DNA of 32,000 bases from Alphaproteobacteria bacterium (GCA_044221445.1 JBGAPF010000003.1:63740-95739), one strand, 5' to 3'; counted from the first letter of the stretch, positions 1 through 10,040 are shown. The notes: generated by a model not told the origin, from the letters alone. A program made the numbers and translations.

Positions 1-1760
1 GCGGCGCGGACGTCGTCGTCTCGCTGGCCGAACGCATCCTCGGACGCATGGCCGCCGTCGCCATCAAGCATCCGCTGACCGGCAAGGTTATCGTTCCGGC
101 GGGCGAGATGCTCGACGAAGTGGTGGCAGAGGCGATCGAGACCGCCGGCATCGACGAAGTTCTGGTCCGCACCGTGCTGACCTGCAACACCGCGACCGGC
201 GTCTGCGCAAAATGCTACGGGCGCGATCTTGCCCGCGGCACGACCGTGAACATGGGCGAGGCTGTCGGCGTCATGGCCGCGCAGTCGATCGGCGAACCCG
301 GCACCCAGCTGACGATGCGAACCTTCCACATCGGCGGCGCGGCGCAAAGGGGCGCTGAACGCAACTCGGTCGAGGCTCCGATCGACGGCAAGGCCGAGAT
401 CCGCCACCAGAACGTGGTCAAGAACTCGGACGGCATCAACATCGTCATGGGCCGCAACACCGAAATCGCGATCAAAGACGGCAAGGGTTCCGAAAAGGCA
501 TCCTACCGCGTCCCGTACGGCGCGCGCTTGCTGATCGAGGACGGCGTGAAGCTGAAAGCCGGGCAGAAACTGGCCGAGTGGGATCCGTATACCTTGCCGA
601 TCATCACCGAAAAAGACGGTGTCGCGCATTACTACGACCTAGTCGAAGGCATCTCCCTCGTGGAAGCCATGGACGAGGCGACCGGCATCGCCGCCAAGAA
701 AGTCATCGACTGGCGCAGCCAGCCGAAGGGCGGCGACCTGAAGCCCCGGATCTCCCTGCTCGACAAGAAAGGCAAGGTCATCAGCCTGCCGAACGGCCTG
801 CCTGCCAACTACTACGTGTCGGTGGACGCCATCCTGTCGGTCGAGAACGGCCAGGAAGTCAAGGCCGGCGACATCATTGGCCGTATCCCGCGCGAAAGTT
901 CGAAAACGCGTGACATCACGGGCGGTCTGCCGCGCGTGGCGGAACTGTTCGAAGCCCGCCGTCCGAAAGACTCGGCGGTGATCTCGGAGATCGACGGTTA
1001 TGTCGAGTTCGGCAAGGATTACAAGTCCAAGCGCCGGATCGTCGTGACCCCGACCGACAAGAGCGTCGAGCCGCGCGAATACCTGATCCCGAAAGGCCGC
1101 CACCTGGCGGTCCAGGAAGGCGATTTCGTCCGCCGCGGCGATGCGCTGCTTGACGGCGCTCTGGTGCCCCACGACATCCTGGATGTCATGGGCGTCGAGG
1201 CGCTCGCCAACTACCTGGTCAATGAGATCCAGGACGTCTACCGCCTGCAGGGCGTGAAGATCAACGACAAGCATATTGAAGTGATCGTCCGCCAGATGCT
1301 GCAGAAAGTCGAAGTCCAGAAACCGGGCGACACAACTCTTCTGGTCGGCGAACAGATCGACCGTGACGAGTTCGAGATTACGAACCAGAAAGCCGCCGAA
1401 CAGGGCAAGCTGCTGGCTGAAGGCAAGCCGGTCCTGCAGGGCATTACCAAAGCCTCGCTGCAGACACGGTCCTTCATCTCGGCCGCCTCGTTCCAGGAAA
1501 CCACACGGGTCCTGACCGAAGCCGCGACCCAAGGCAAGGTCGACAGCCTGCTTGGCCTGAAGGAAAACGTGATCGTCGGTCGCCTGATCCCTGCCGGTAC
1601 CGGCGCCTATGTCAACCGCGTGCGCCGCATTGCCGGCGACCGCGACGACCTGGCCATCGCCGCCCAGCAGCAATCGGACGCCATTGCGCATCATGAAAGC
1701 GAGCCCTTCGCAGAACCTGAAACCGAAACGCCGAAACGCGGACGGGCTGCGGTGGCGTGA
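1..1760 (+). CDS. rpoC: DNA-directed RNA polymerase subunit beta' (C-terminal part; 5' end lies outside the window)
   Basis: The frame is open from base 3 ([24 protein letters not shown]...). It contains conserved beta' C-terminal blocks ([77 protein letters not shown]). Stop at 1758-1760. Confidence 0.97.
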   Translation, partial: GADVVVSLAERILGRMAAVAIKHPLTGKVIVPAGEMLDEVVAEAIETAGIDEVLVRTVLTCNTATGVCAKCYGRDLARGTTVNMGEAVGVMAAQSIGEPGTQLTMRTFHIGGAAQRGAERNSVEAPIDGKAEIRHQNVVKNSDGINIVMGRNTEIAIKDGKGSEKASYRVPYGARLLIEDGVKLKAGQKLAEWDPYTLPIITEKDGVAHYYDLVEGISLVEAMDEATGIAAKKVIDWRSQPKGGDLKPRISLLDKKGKVISLPNGLPANYYVSVDAILSVENGQEVKAGDIIGRIPRESSKTRDITGGLPRVAELFEARRPKDSAVISEIDGYVEFGKDYKSKRRIVVTPTDKSVEPREYLIPKGRHLAVQEGDFVRRGDALLDGALVPHDILDVMGVEALANYLVNEIQDVYRLQGVKINDKHIEVIVRQMLQKVEVQKPGDTTLLVGEQIDRDEFEITNQKAAEQGKLLAEGKPVLQGITKASLQTRSFISAASFQETTRVLTEAATQGKVDSLLGLKENVIVGRLIPAGTGAYVNRVRRIAGDRDDLAIAAQQQSDAIAHHESEPFAEPETETPKRGRAAVA

Positions 1761-1785
1761 GCTTCACGCCTTAAAAGATTTAAAG

Positions 1786-1811
1786 AGAGCCCTTTGAGGG
1801 CTCTTTTTTTT
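1786..1811 (+). terminator. Rho-independent terminator after rpoC, probably bidirectional (also serves the convergent - strand ORF ending at 1814)
   Basis: 7-bp stem AGAGCCC (1786-1792) / GGGCTCT (1798-1804) with a 5-nt loop, followed by a T8 run (1804-1811). The reverse strand has a matching A-run, the hairpin, then T-rich sequence. Confidence 0.75.
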
Positions 1812-1813
1812 CG

Positions 1814-2659
1814 TTATCCAAGATGAATGCCTTTTGCGCCCAGTTCAGCCATTTTCCCCAGCACTTCGGCCAAAGTTGCCGCCTTGCTGTCTTGGCTCCA
1901 CTCACTGTCATCTCGCGGAGAATCTTCATCGGCCGTCAGGGGCGGAAGCGGGTAATCGGGCGTCAGGAATTTTCCTGTCTCTTCCGGAAGGCGGTAAATC
2001 TCACGGGCCGGCATTTGCCGCAGGACATCGACTTCTGAATCATATTCCGCCTGGGTCAGGAAGGTATCGTCATAAACCGGTCCTTCGCCATTGCGGCGAA
2101 TGCATATCATACGGATAGGCCTGGCCGCTTTTGTAAAGCTGTCGGCAAGACTTTGCGGCAAATGCCAGCTTTCAGGGTTTTTTGCAAAAGCGACGCCCAG
2201 CAATGGCCAGTATTCGATTATCAGGCCCGACGTTTTTTTCTCTTCATCGACCCTGACGACCAGCTGATTGCCGATTTTATAAGGCGTCCCATGCGATCCA
2301 TAAGGGCCGTTCAGCATGCCCAGAAGATAAAGTACGTCCCAGGAGGGGCCGCGGGCCGCCTTGTTGCTGGGGCTTCGCGAAAACACGTCCAGTTCCTCAT
2401 TGGTCAGGATGCGAAGATTTCTCAGTACGTCAGGCCTGACCATTTCGAATTGTTGCGGAATGTTTTTTGATTTTAAGCCGGGTGACCAGAAATTATGGAC
2501 CAGGTCTTTGAATGTCCCGGATTCAAAGATGGGACGCGACCGCGCAAACCATAGAAAGCTGAATCTGGACAGGGCAATGGCAGCAGGAACCATGGCAATG
2601 GCTGCCAGCTCTTGGTGTTCTGTCAGGGCCGGTACGCCTAGAGCTATGGCAGCTGGCAA
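1814..2659 (-). CDS. Hypothetical protein (281 aa from TTG at 2659; first ATG at 2593), hydrophobic N-terminus, acidic C-terminal region; no recognisable domain
   Basis: Long ORF with coding-like third-position bias. It lies 34 nt downstream of the preceding - strand ORF. The N-terminus has two hydrophobic PAAIAL-containing segments. No P-loop, metal-ligand cluster or other motif I can name. Start codon is uncertain and there is no clear SD. Confidence 0.6.
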   Translation of the reverse strand: MPAAIALGVPALTEHQELAAIAMVPAAIALSRFSFLWFARSRPIFESGTFKDLVHNFWSPGLKSKNIPQQFEMVRPDVLRNLRILTNEELDVFSRSPSNKAARGPSWDVLYLLGMLNGPYGSHGTPYKIGNQLVVRVDEEKKTSGLIIEYWPLLGVAFAKNPESWHLPQSLADSFTKAARPIRMICIRRNGEGPVYDDTFLTQAEYDSEVDVLRQMPAREIYRLPEETGKFLTPDYPLPPLTADEDSPRDDSEWSQDSKAATLAEVLGKMAELGAKGIHLG

Positions 2660-2693
2660 CGCAACGCCGGTTAGCAGATCCAGTTTCGTTATA

Positions 2694-3515
2694 TCATTTC
2701 AGCCCAAAAACGGCCGTGGTAAATACTTTTCTCAGTTTTCCCTTCAACTGCGATATCCGGCTCTGTTCGGGTTTTGCATGATCGTCTTCATCAAACCCTG
2801 TAAAAGGCGAACGACCAGCTCGCAAATCTTTAGCGACAGGAGCAAATGTCCTGGCGACCCGGGCTTCCAGCTGCGGCAAAGTCAGGTTGTACTGGATATC
2901 GCTGACAGAATTGATAAGGCGGCGCATGACATAATGACTGACGCTCGCCAGCCACCCGCTTTTCGCCGCTGCGATGTTTTTATGATAAAGCTTTGCAGCG
3001 TCCCAGCCTTTTCGCGGTGCGATCAGCGTGCTCAGGCTGTAAAGTTTTTCGCCTTGCGCGTTGGTTTTATGGATACGCCGGCCCCGCCAATTCCAGCCCT
3101 TCTGCGGTTCGGCCCGGAATACCATTTCCTTGGACGTCCAGAGCATCGGTTCGTGCCGCATCAACATGCCGCTGTCCAGCAGATCCTGGCGTTGAAAATA
3201 TGAAAACCGATGCAGGATATTATGCACCAGCTGCCTGGGCGTCGGCTTCCAGGCAGCCACCCCCAATATATGGTCGTAGTTGCAGTCGCCGCGCGTATCG
3301 TGCTTGCGGATGAATTGGCCTATATAAACACTCCCGTTGCCGAGAATATCCTGCCCAACCAGACGCTGGTCTTTAGGAATGTCCAGATCCGCGTCGGCAA
3401 TCGCCGTAAAATTGCCTTCCCGGCTGCGAAAACGGTGTTCCAGCGTCATGTCGTCTCTGTCAGTCGTGGACATGAGGACCATCTCGCCGTAGGGCGTTAC
3501 GCCCACAGCCGCCAT
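2694..3515 (-). CDS. Hypothetical protein (273 aa from ATG 3515); coding signal continues upstream without a start codon, so possibly frameshifted or 5'-truncated
   Basis: Long ORF with GC3-rich codons. The same frame stays open and coding-like up to a stop at 3699-3701, with no ATG, GTG or TTG in that stretch. A second frame starting at ATG 3711 overlaps it. No recognisable catalytic motif. Confidence 0.55.
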   Translation of the reverse strand: MAAVGVTPYGEMVLMSTTDRDDMTLEHRFRSREGNFTAIADADLDIPKDQRLVGQDILGNGSVYIGQFIRKHDTRGDCNYDHILGVAAWKPTPRQLVHNILHRFSYFQRQDLLDSGMLMRHEPMLWTSKEMVFRAEPQKGWNWRGRRIHKTNAQGEKLYSLSTLIAPRKGWDAAKLYHKNIAAAKSGWLASVSHYVMRRLINSVSDIQYNLTLPQLEARVARTFAPVAKDLRAGRSPFTGFDEDDHAKPEQSRISQLKGKLRKVFTTAVFGLK

Positions 3516-3834
3516 GCCCCGCTCATATTCTATCAGCCCGTTCTCCAGCAGGACTGCGTTGATGGGATGGTGGCCTGCATGGAACAGGTCCTGGACGTTC
3601 CGGTAAGACAGGGATAGAAGGTTCCGTTTCAGAGATGAATGTCGCTGGAAGGGCTGACTGTTCGTTAAAAGCCGTAGGCGTAGACGCCGGAACAGAGGCT
3701 AAAGCGTTCATATGGCCAAAATATCGCAAATCGCGAATGTCAGGCAAGGAAATTAAAACCAACCCGGCAGGATGCTCTTTTCCAGGCCCTTTTTGCGCAT
3801 AAAAACCAAATTTACTATTCCTTAAAAAAGTTCC

Positions 3835-3863
3835 TTGACGGCTTTTGGGGATAAGTATACAGT
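3835..3863 (+). promoter_or_regulatory. Putative sigma70-type promoter of the str operon (rpsL-rpsG-fusA-tuf)
   Basis: TTGACG (3835-3840), 17-nt spacer, TACAGT (3858-3863). It is preceded by an A/T-rich UP-like tract (about 3800-3830). The architecture matches the rpsM promoter in this window. It implies a leader of about 225 nt. Confidence 0.5.
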
Positions 3864-4093
3864 CCGCCACGATCAAGAGTTGGATGGACTGGCTGTAAGC
3901 CGCAGTTTCCTTACGGATTTAAGGCTTAGACGCAGTCCGACGCTTCCTTTAAAAGAAGCGGCGAAGTTTGAAGAACCCGCAAAGGCGCTGTGCCCTCCGC
4001 AGCATCAGGTTATGGGTTCAACGGCGAAAGCGCCATCCACCGAACAGACGTTTGAATTTTGAACGCGCATTAACACAGGAAGAGGCAACAGGT

Positions 4094-4477
4094 ATGCCAA
4101 CCATTCAGCAGCTTATCCGCAAGCCCCGGCCCGCCGGCGGCAAAAAGGCGATGAAGCCGAAGAAGAACAAGGCTCTTAAAGGCAACCCGCAACGCCGCGG
4201 CGTGTGCACGCGCGTCTATACGACGACGCCGAAAAAACCGAACTCCGCCCTTCGTAAGGTCGCCAAAGTGCGCCTGACGACCGGCCAGGAAGTTATCTGC
4301 TACATTCCCGGCGAAGGCCACAACTTGCAGGAACACTCGGTGGTCCTGGTGCGTGGCGGTCGGGTCAAGGATTTGCCCGGTGTGCGTTACACCATCATCC
4401 GTGGCACGCTCGATACACAAGGCGTGAAAGATCGTAAACAATCCCGTTCGCGTTACGGCGCGAAGCGTCCGAAATAA
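4094..4477 (+). CDS. rpsL: 30S ribosomal protein S12
   Basis: [12 protein letters not shown]...[27 protein letters not shown]...[30 protein letters not shown] at 4094 follows GGAAGAGG. The longer tracked ORF from 3968 is an upstream read-through of the leader. Confidence 0.97.
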   Translation: MPTIQQLIRKPRPAGGKKAMKPKKNKALKGNPQRRGVCTRVYTTTPKKPNSALRKVAKVRLTTGQEVICYIPGEGHNLQEHSVVLVRGGRVKDLPGVRYTIIRGTLDTQGVKDRKQSRSRYGAKRPK

Positions 4478-4489
4478 GGAGAGGCCTGA

Positions 4490-4972
4490 ATGTCCCGTCG
4501 TCACCGCGCTGAGAAACGTGAGATCCTGCCCGACCCGAAATTCGGGGATCTCATCCTTTCGAAATTCGTCAATACGATCATGTATGACGGCAAGAAATCG
4601 GCTGCCGAGAAAATCGTCTATGGCGCGCTCGAAATCGTGCGCAAAAAGGCCAAGCTGGCCAATGACAACGCCGTCATCGAATTTTTCCACACCGCCATCG
4701 GCAAGGTGAAGCCTTACGTCGAAGTGCGGTCCCGCCGGGTCGGCGGCGCCACCTACCAGGTGCCGGTCGAAGTCCGTCCCGAGCGCGCCCTCGCCCTGGC
4801 CATCCGCTGGATCATCACCGCCGCCCGCGGCCGTGGCGAACACACGATGGAAGAGCGCTTGGCCGAAGAACTGCTGATGGCCGCGAACGACAACGGCAAC
4901 GCCGTCAAGAAACGCGAAGACACGACCAAGATGGCCGACGCCAACAAGGCTTTCGCCCATTACCGCTGGTAA
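4490..4972 (+). CDS. rpsG: 30S ribosomal protein S7
   Basis: [20 protein letters not shown]...[23 protein letters not shown]...AFAHYRW. AAGGAG SD lies upstream. Confidence 0.98.
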   Translation: MSRRHRAEKREILPDPKFGDLILSKFVNTIMYDGKKSAAEKIVYGALEIVRKKAKLANDNAVIEFFHTAIGKVKPYVEVRSRRVGGATYQVPVEVRPERALALAIRWIITAARGRGEHTMEERLAEELLMAANDNGNAVKKREDTTKMADANKAFAHYRW

Positions 4973-4990
4973 ACGAGGAATTTGAGTACT

Positions 4991-7081
4991 ATGACACGCG
5001 AAACACCTATCGAGCGCTACCGCAATATCGGCATCATGGCCCACATCGATGCCGGTAAAACGACGACGACCGAGCGCATCCTGTATTATACAGGCAAATC
5101 GCATAAGATCGGCGAAGTGCACGATGGCGCGGCCACCATGGACTGGATGGAGCAGGAGCAGGAGCGTGGCATTACGATCACTTCAGCCGCCACCACCGCG
5201 TTCTGGACCGGCCCGGACGACCAGAAATACCGCATCAACATCATCGATACCCCCGGCCACGTCGATTTCACGATCGAAGTCGAACGCAGCTTGCGCGTCC
5301 TCGACGGCGCTGTCTGCCTGCTCGATGGCAACCAGGGCGTCGAACCGCAAACCGAAACCGTCTGGCGCCAAGGCGACAAATATAAAGTCCCGCGCATCAT
5401 TTTCGCCAATAAAATGGATAAGATCGGCGCCGACTTCTATTTCTGCATCGATACCGTGCAGAAACGCCTGGGTATTAACCCACTTGTGCTGACCCTGCCG
5501 ATCGGCGAGGAAAGCGAATTCGCGGGCATCGTCGACCTGATCAAGATGAAAGCGATCATCTGGGACGCCGACACCCTTGGCGCGACCTTCCGGGAAACCG
5601 ACATTCCGGCCGATCTGCAAGAAAAAGCCGCCGAATACCGCGCGAAGCTGATCGAAGCCGCCGTGGAAATGGACGACGCGGCCATGGAAGCGTATCTGGA
5701 GGGCAAAGAGCCGGATACCGCGACCCTGAAAAAATGCATCCGTAAGGGCACAACCCAGTTCAAAATCATTCCGATGATGTGCGGTTCATCGTTTAAAAAC
5801 AAGGGTGTGCAGCCTTTGCTCGACGCCGTCATCGATTACCTGCCCTCGCCGCTCGACAAAGGCATCGTGCAGGGCAAAAAAGTCGGCTCCGACGAAGTCG
5901 AAACCCGCTCGCCGTCCGATGACGCTCCGTTCGCGGCGCTCGCGTTCAAGATCATGAACGATCCGTTTGTCGGTTCCCTGACCTTCGCCCGCATTTACTC
6001 GGGCAAGCTGGAATCCGGCTCTTACGTCATCAACTCGGTGAAGGATAAAAAAGAACGCATCGGTCGCATGCTGCTGATGCACGCCAACAACCGCGAAGAG
6101 ATCAAATATGCCGAAGCAGGCGATATCGTCGCGCTGGTCGGCATGAAAGACACGACCACGGGCGACACGCTGTGCGACCCGATCAAGCCGATCGTTCTGG
6201 AGCGCATGGAATTCCCCGAGCCGGTTATCGAACTGGCCGTCGAGCCGAAATCGAAGGCTGACCAGGAGAAAATGGGCCTCGCCCTGCAGCGCCTGGCGTC
6301 GGAAGATCCTTCCTTCCGCGTGTCCGTGGACCATGAGAGCGGCCAGACCATCCTGAAAGGCATGGGCGAACTTCACCTTGAAATCCTCGTCGACCGCATG
6401 AAACGCGAATTCAAGGTCGAGGCCAATGTGGGCGCGCCGCAGGTTGCGTATCGCGAGACCTTCACCAAGAAAACCGAAGTCAACTATACGCACAAAAAAC
6501 AGACCGGCGGTACCGGCCAGTTCGCGAAAATCACCCTGGTCTTTGAACCGGGCGAGCGCGGCGCGGGCTTTGAGTTCGAAAACGAGATCGTCGGCGGCGC
6601 CGTTCCGAAGGAATATATCCCGGGCGTTGAAAAGGGTCTGAACCAGGCCAAGGAAAGTGGCATCATCGCCGGCTTCCCCGTGGTCGACTTTAAAGTCACC
6701 CTGATCGACGGTTCTTACCACGACGTCGACTCGTCTGTCCTGGCGTTCGAGATCGCGGCGAAAGCCGCTTTCAAGGAAGCCATGGCGAAGGCGGGGCCCC
6801 AGCTTCTGGAGCCGGTCATGAAAGTCGAAGTTGTGACGCCGGAAGAATATATGGGCGACGTCATCGGCGACATCAACAGCCGCCGCGGCCAGATCAACGC
6901 GATGGAAGACCGCGGCAACGCGAAAGTCGTCACCGCCCTCGTCCCGCTGGCTGCGATGTTCGGGTACATCAACGATCTGCGTTCGAAATCGCAGGGACGC
7001 GCCCAGTACACGATGCAGTTCGATCACTACGAACCGGTTCCGGCCAACGTGGCGGAGCAGGTTAAAGAAAAATACGCCTGA
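4991..7081 (+). CDS. fusA: Elongation factor G
   Basis: [36 protein letters not shown] and NKMDK GTPase motifs, with full-length EF-G architecture. ATG 4991 is preferred (GAGGA about 12 nt upstream). The tracked ORF begins at TTG 4982. Confidence 0.97.
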   Translation: MTRETPIERYRNIGIMAHIDAGKTTTTERILYYTGKSHKIGEVHDGAATMDWMEQEQERGITITSAATTAFWTGPDDQKYRINIIDTPGHVDFTIEVERSLRVLDGAVCLLDGNQGVEPQTETVWRQGDKYKVPRIIFANKMDKIGADFYFCIDTVQKRLGINPLVLTLPIGEESEFAGIVDLIKMKAIIWDADTLGATFRETDIPADLQEKAAEYRAKLIEAAVEMDDAAMEAYLEGKEPDTATLKKCIRKGTTQFKIIPMMCGSSFKNKGVQPLLDAVIDYLPSPLDKGIVQGKKVGSDEVETRSPSDDAPFAALAFKIMNDPFVGSLTFARIYSGKLESGSYVINSVKDKKERIGRMLLMHANNREEIKYAEAGDIVALVGMKDTTTGDTLCDPIKPIVLERMEFPEPVIELAVEPKSKADQEKMGLALQRLASEDPSFRVSVDHESGQTILKGMGELHLEILVDRMKREFKVEANVGAPQVAYRETFTKKTEVNYTHKKQTGGTGQFAKITLVFEPGERGAGFEFENEIVGGAVPKEYIPGVEKGLNQAKESGIIAGFPVVDFKVTLIDGSYHDVDSSVLAFEIAAKAAFKEAMAKAGPQLLEPVMKVEVVTPEEYMGDVIGDINSRRGQINAMEDRGNAKVVTALVPLAAMFGYINDLRSKSQGRAQYTMQFDHYEPVPANVAEQVKEKYA

Positions 7082-7117
7082 GATCAGGCCTGATTTAAAA
7101 GAAGAGGAAAAAGAGCC

Positions 7118-8296
7118 ATGGCTAAGGAAAAGTTTGCGCGGACGAAGCCGCACTGCAACATTGGGACGATTGGTCACGTTGACCATGGGAAGACGACGCT
7201 GACGGCGGCGATCACGAAGTATTTTTCGAAAGAATTCAAGGCGTACGACATGATCGACAAGGCGCCTGAAGAGAAGGCGCGCGGGATCACGATTTCGACG
7301 GCGCACGTGGAATATGAGACGGAGAAGCGCCACTACGCGCACGTCGACTGCCCGGGCCACGCGGACTACGTGAAGAACATGATCACGGGTGCGGCGCAGA
7401 TGGACGGCGCTATTCTTGTGGTGAACGCGGCGGACGGCCCGATGCCGCAGACGCGGGAGCACATCCTGCTGGCGCGCCAGGTGGGCGTGCCGTCGATCGT
7501 GGTGTACCTGAACAAGGTGGACCAGGTGGACGACGCGGAACTGCTGGACCTGGTCGAGATGGAAGTGCGCGAGCTGCTGTCCTCTTACGAATTCCCGGGC
7601 GACGACATTCCGATCGTGAAGGGCTCGGCGCTGGCCGCGCTTGAAGGCCGCAACCCTGAGATCGGCGAGAGCTCGATCCGGGCGCTAATGGACGCGGTCG
7701 ATTCCTACATTCCGCAGCCCGAGCGTCCGAAGGACCGTCCGTTCCTGATGCCTGTCGAGGACGTGTTCTCGATTTCGGGTCGCGGCACGGTGTGCACGGG
7801 CCGGGTCGAACAGGGCATCGTCAAGGTGGGCGAGGAAGTCGAGATCGTCGGGATCCGCGACACGCAGAAGACCATCGTGACGGGCGTCGAGATGTTCCGC
7901 AAGCTTCTGGACCAGGGCGAGGCGGGCGACAACATCGGCGCGCTTCTGCGCGGCACGAAGCGCGAGGACGTTGAGCGCGGGCAGGTTCTGTGCAAGCCGG
8001 GTTCGATCAACCCGCACACGGAGTTCGAGGCCGAGGCTTACATTCTGTCGAAAGACGAAGGCGGCCGCCACACGCCGTTCTTCACCAACTACCGCCCGCA
8101 GTTCTACTTCCGCACGACCGACGTGACGGGTGAAGTGATGCTGCCGGCCGGCACCGAGATGATCATGCCGGGCGACAACGCGAAAGTGACCGTGAAGCTG
8201 ATCGCCCCGATCGCCATGACCGAAGGCCTCCGCTTCGCCATCCGCGAAGGCGGCAGAACCGTCGGCGCTGGCGTCGTCGCTAAGATTTTGAAGTGA
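7118..8296 (+). CDS. tuf: Elongation factor Tu
   Basis: [44 protein letters not shown], 392 aa. Strong SD-like GAGGAAAAAGAG upstream. Confidence 0.98.
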   Translation: MAKEKFARTKPHCNIGTIGHVDHGKTTLTAAITKYFSKEFKAYDMIDKAPEEKARGITISTAHVEYETEKRHYAHVDCPGHADYVKNMITGAAQMDGAILVVNAADGPMPQTREHILLARQVGVPSIVVYLNKVDQVDDAELLDLVEMEVRELLSSYEFPGDDIPIVKGSALAALEGRNPEIGESSIRALMDAVDSYIPQPERPKDRPFLMPVEDVFSISGRGTVCTGRVEQGIVKVGEEVEIVGIRDTQKTIVTGVEMFRKLLDQGEAGDNIGALLRGTKREDVERGQVLCKPGSINPHTEFEAEAYILSKDEGGRHTPFFTNYRPQFYFRTTDVTGEVMLPAGTEMIMPGDNAKVTVKLIAPIAMTEGLRFAIREGGRTVGAGVVAKILK

Positions 8297-8316
8297 GATA
8301 AAAGGACGTAATGGTT

Positions 8317-8637
8317 ATGGACACGCAAAGCATCCGCATCCGCCTGAAGGCGTTTGACCACAGGATCCTGGATCAGTCGACGCACGAAATCGTTACCACG
8401 GCGAAACGCACGGGCGCGCGTGTACGCGGGCCTGTGCCGCTGCCGACCAAAACCGAGCGGTTTACGGTCAACCGCTCGCCGCACGTCGACAAAAAAAGCC
8501 AGGAAGCTTTTGAAATCCGTACCCATCTGCGCGTCCTCGACATCGTCGACCCGACCCCGCAGACCGTGGACGCGTTGATGAAACTCGATCTGGCGGCCGG
8601 TGTGGACGTTGAGATCAAAATCGGCGAAGCCGCCTGA
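8317..8637 (+). CDS. rpsJ: 30S ribosomal protein S10
   Basis: [21 protein letters not shown]...[21 protein letters not shown] 8317 matches the usual N-terminus length. In-frame ATG 8311 is an alternative start. Confidence 0.95.
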   Translation: MDTQSIRIRLKAFDHRILDQSTHEIVTTAKRTGARVRGPVPLPTKTERFTVNRSPHVDKKSQEAFEIRTHLRVLDIVDPTPQTVDALMKLDLAAGVDVEIKIGEAA

Positions 8638-8663
8638 TTTTTAGGTAAGAAGGACTGAAGACA

Positions 8664-9413
8664 ATGAGAACTGGTCTGATAGCACGCAAGGAAGGCATGA
8701 CCCGCTTCTTCGACAGCGAAGGGCGTCATATTCCTGTGACCGTCCTGAAAGTGGACAACTGCCAGGTCGTGGCCATCCGCAGCCAGGAAACGGATGGATA
8801 CGTGGCGGTTCAGCTGGGCGCGGGCCTGGCGAAAGCCAAAAACGTTGGCAAGGCGATGCGAGGCCATTACGCGAAAGCCAAGGTCGAGCCGAAAAAGCAC
8901 ATGGCTGAATTCCGCGTCGCGCCTGAGAACATCCTTGAAGTCGGCGCGGAACTGGCGGCGAGCCATTTCCTGCCAGGCCAGTTCATCGACGTGACAGGTA
9001 CGAGCAAAGGCAAAGGCTTCGCCGGCGTCATGAAGCGCTGGAACTTCGGTGGCCTGCGCGCCACGCACGGCGTATCCGTTTCCCACCGCTCGCACGGTTC
9101 GACCGGCCAGCGCCAGGATCCGGGCAAGGTTTTCAAGGGCAAGAAAATGGCCGGTCACATGGGTGACAAAACCATTACGACCCAGAACCTGAAAGTTGTC
9201 GCCGTTGACGAGCAGGACAATCTGATCCTGGTTCAGGGCAGCGTTCCCGGCCCGCAAAACGGCTGGGTCATGGTCTGCGACGCCGTAAAGCGCCCTGCCC
9301 CCGCAGACGTGCCGAAACCGGCAGGCCTGAGAAACAGCAATAACGCCGGAAGTCAGCAGGCTACGCAGCCCGTCGAGGCTTCCACAGAACCAAAAGAAGG
9401 TGAACAGCAATGA
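8664..9413 (+). CDS. rplC: 50S ribosomal protein L3 (with low-complexity C-terminal tail)
   Basis: [16 protein letters not shown]...[19 protein letters not shown]...[28 protein letters not shown]. Confidence 0.97.
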   Translation: MRTGLIARKEGMTRFFDSEGRHIPVTVLKVDNCQVVAIRSQETDGYVAVQLGAGLAKAKNVGKAMRGHYAKAKVEPKKHMAEFRVAPENILEVGAELAASHFLPGQFIDVTGTSKGKGFAGVMKRWNFGGLRATHGVSVSHRSHGSTGQRQDPGKVFKGKKMAGHMGDKTITTQNLKVVAVDEQDNLILVQGSVPGPQNGWVMVCDAVKRPAPADVPKPAGLRNSNNAGSQQATQPVEASTEPKEGEQQ

Positions 9414-10033
9414 AACTGGCTGTAAAAAATCTGGACAATAAAGCTGCGGGCGATATCGAACTCGACGATGCCGTGTTCGGCGTCGAGGTGCGCGAGGATA
9501 TCCTGCACCGCATGGTCCATTACCAATTGAACAAGCGCCGCTCCGGCAACCACAAGACCAAGGGTATTTCCGAAGTCAGCGGCACCGGCAAAAAGCCCTT
9601 CAAGCAAAAAGGCACCGGCAATGCGCGTCAGGGTTCCATGCGTTCCCCGCAATTCGTCGGCGGCGCCACGATTTTCGGGCCAGTGGTCCGGTCGCACGCG
9701 ACCGACCTGCCGAAAAAGCTTCGCAAGCTGGCGTTACGTATGGCCCTTTCGGCCAAAAACCGCGACGGCAAACTGATGATCCTGGACAATGCGACGGCCG
9801 CTTCGCCGAAAACCAAGGATATGGCGGTATCGCTGGCCACGCTCGGCATCCAGTCGGCCCTGATCATCAGCGGTAACGAAATCGAACAGAATTTCGGTCT
9901 CGCCACGCGCAACCTGCCCCGCATTGACGTGCTGCCGGTGCAAGGCGCGAACGTTTACGACATCCTGCGCCGCGACATGCTTGTCCTGACAAAGGATGCG
10001 ATTGCCGATTTGACCGAACGGCTGAAGGCTTAA
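9410..10033 (+). CDS. rplD: 50S ribosomal protein L4
   Basis: ATGA overlap with the rplC stop. [34 protein letters not shown] is the typical L4 core. Confidence 0.97.
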   Translation: MKLAVKNLDNKAAGDIELDDAVFGVEVREDILHRMVHYQLNKRRSGNHKTKGISEVSGTGKKPFKQKGTGNARQGSMRSPQFVGGATIFGPVVRSHATDLPKKLRKLALRMALSAKNRDGKLMILDNATAASPKTKDMAVSLATLGIQSALIISGNEIEQNFGLATRNLPRIDVLPVQGANVYDILRRDMLVLTKDAIADLTERLKA

Positions 10034-10040
10034 GGGGATT

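Noticed and set aside
3523-3876. A 117-aa - strand ORF as an independent gene.
   Set aside because: Its 5' half covers the AT-rich UP and promoter region of rpsL and reads as non-protein-like sequence. Only the part from Met 3711 might be real, as the displaced N-terminus of the adjacent ORF (see finding).
3968-4093. A 42-codon N-terminal extension of the rpsL ORF ([12 protein letters not shown]...).
   Set aside because: S12 universally begins MPTI(N/Q)QLIRK. ATG 4094 has a purine-rich SD-like tract upstream. The extension is leader sequence with no similarity to S12.
7082-7117. The palindrome ATCAGGCCTGAT after the fusA stop as a terminator between fusA and tuf. A similar TCAGGCC follows the rplF stop, next to a CCCGGC-GAAG-GCCGGG hairpin at 16396-16411.
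   Set aside because: Neither has a T-run, and the first has only a 4-bp usable stem. The genes on both sides are normally co-transcribed. At most these are mRNA-stability hairpins, with insufficient evidence for a feature call.
5786-7462. A 558-aa ORF on the - strand overlapping fusA and tuf. Similar long antisense ORFs occur at 639-1694, 4070-5122, 8373-9410, 10312-11160, 11499-12518, 14454-15413, 16339-17307, 19163-19789 and 20979-21842.
   Set aside because: They lie exactly antisense to unmistakable, highly conserved genes. Their translations are Arg/Ala/Asp/His/Val-rich low-complexity sequences typical of shadow frames in GC-rich DNA. High GC3 on the sense strand suppresses stops on the opposite strand.
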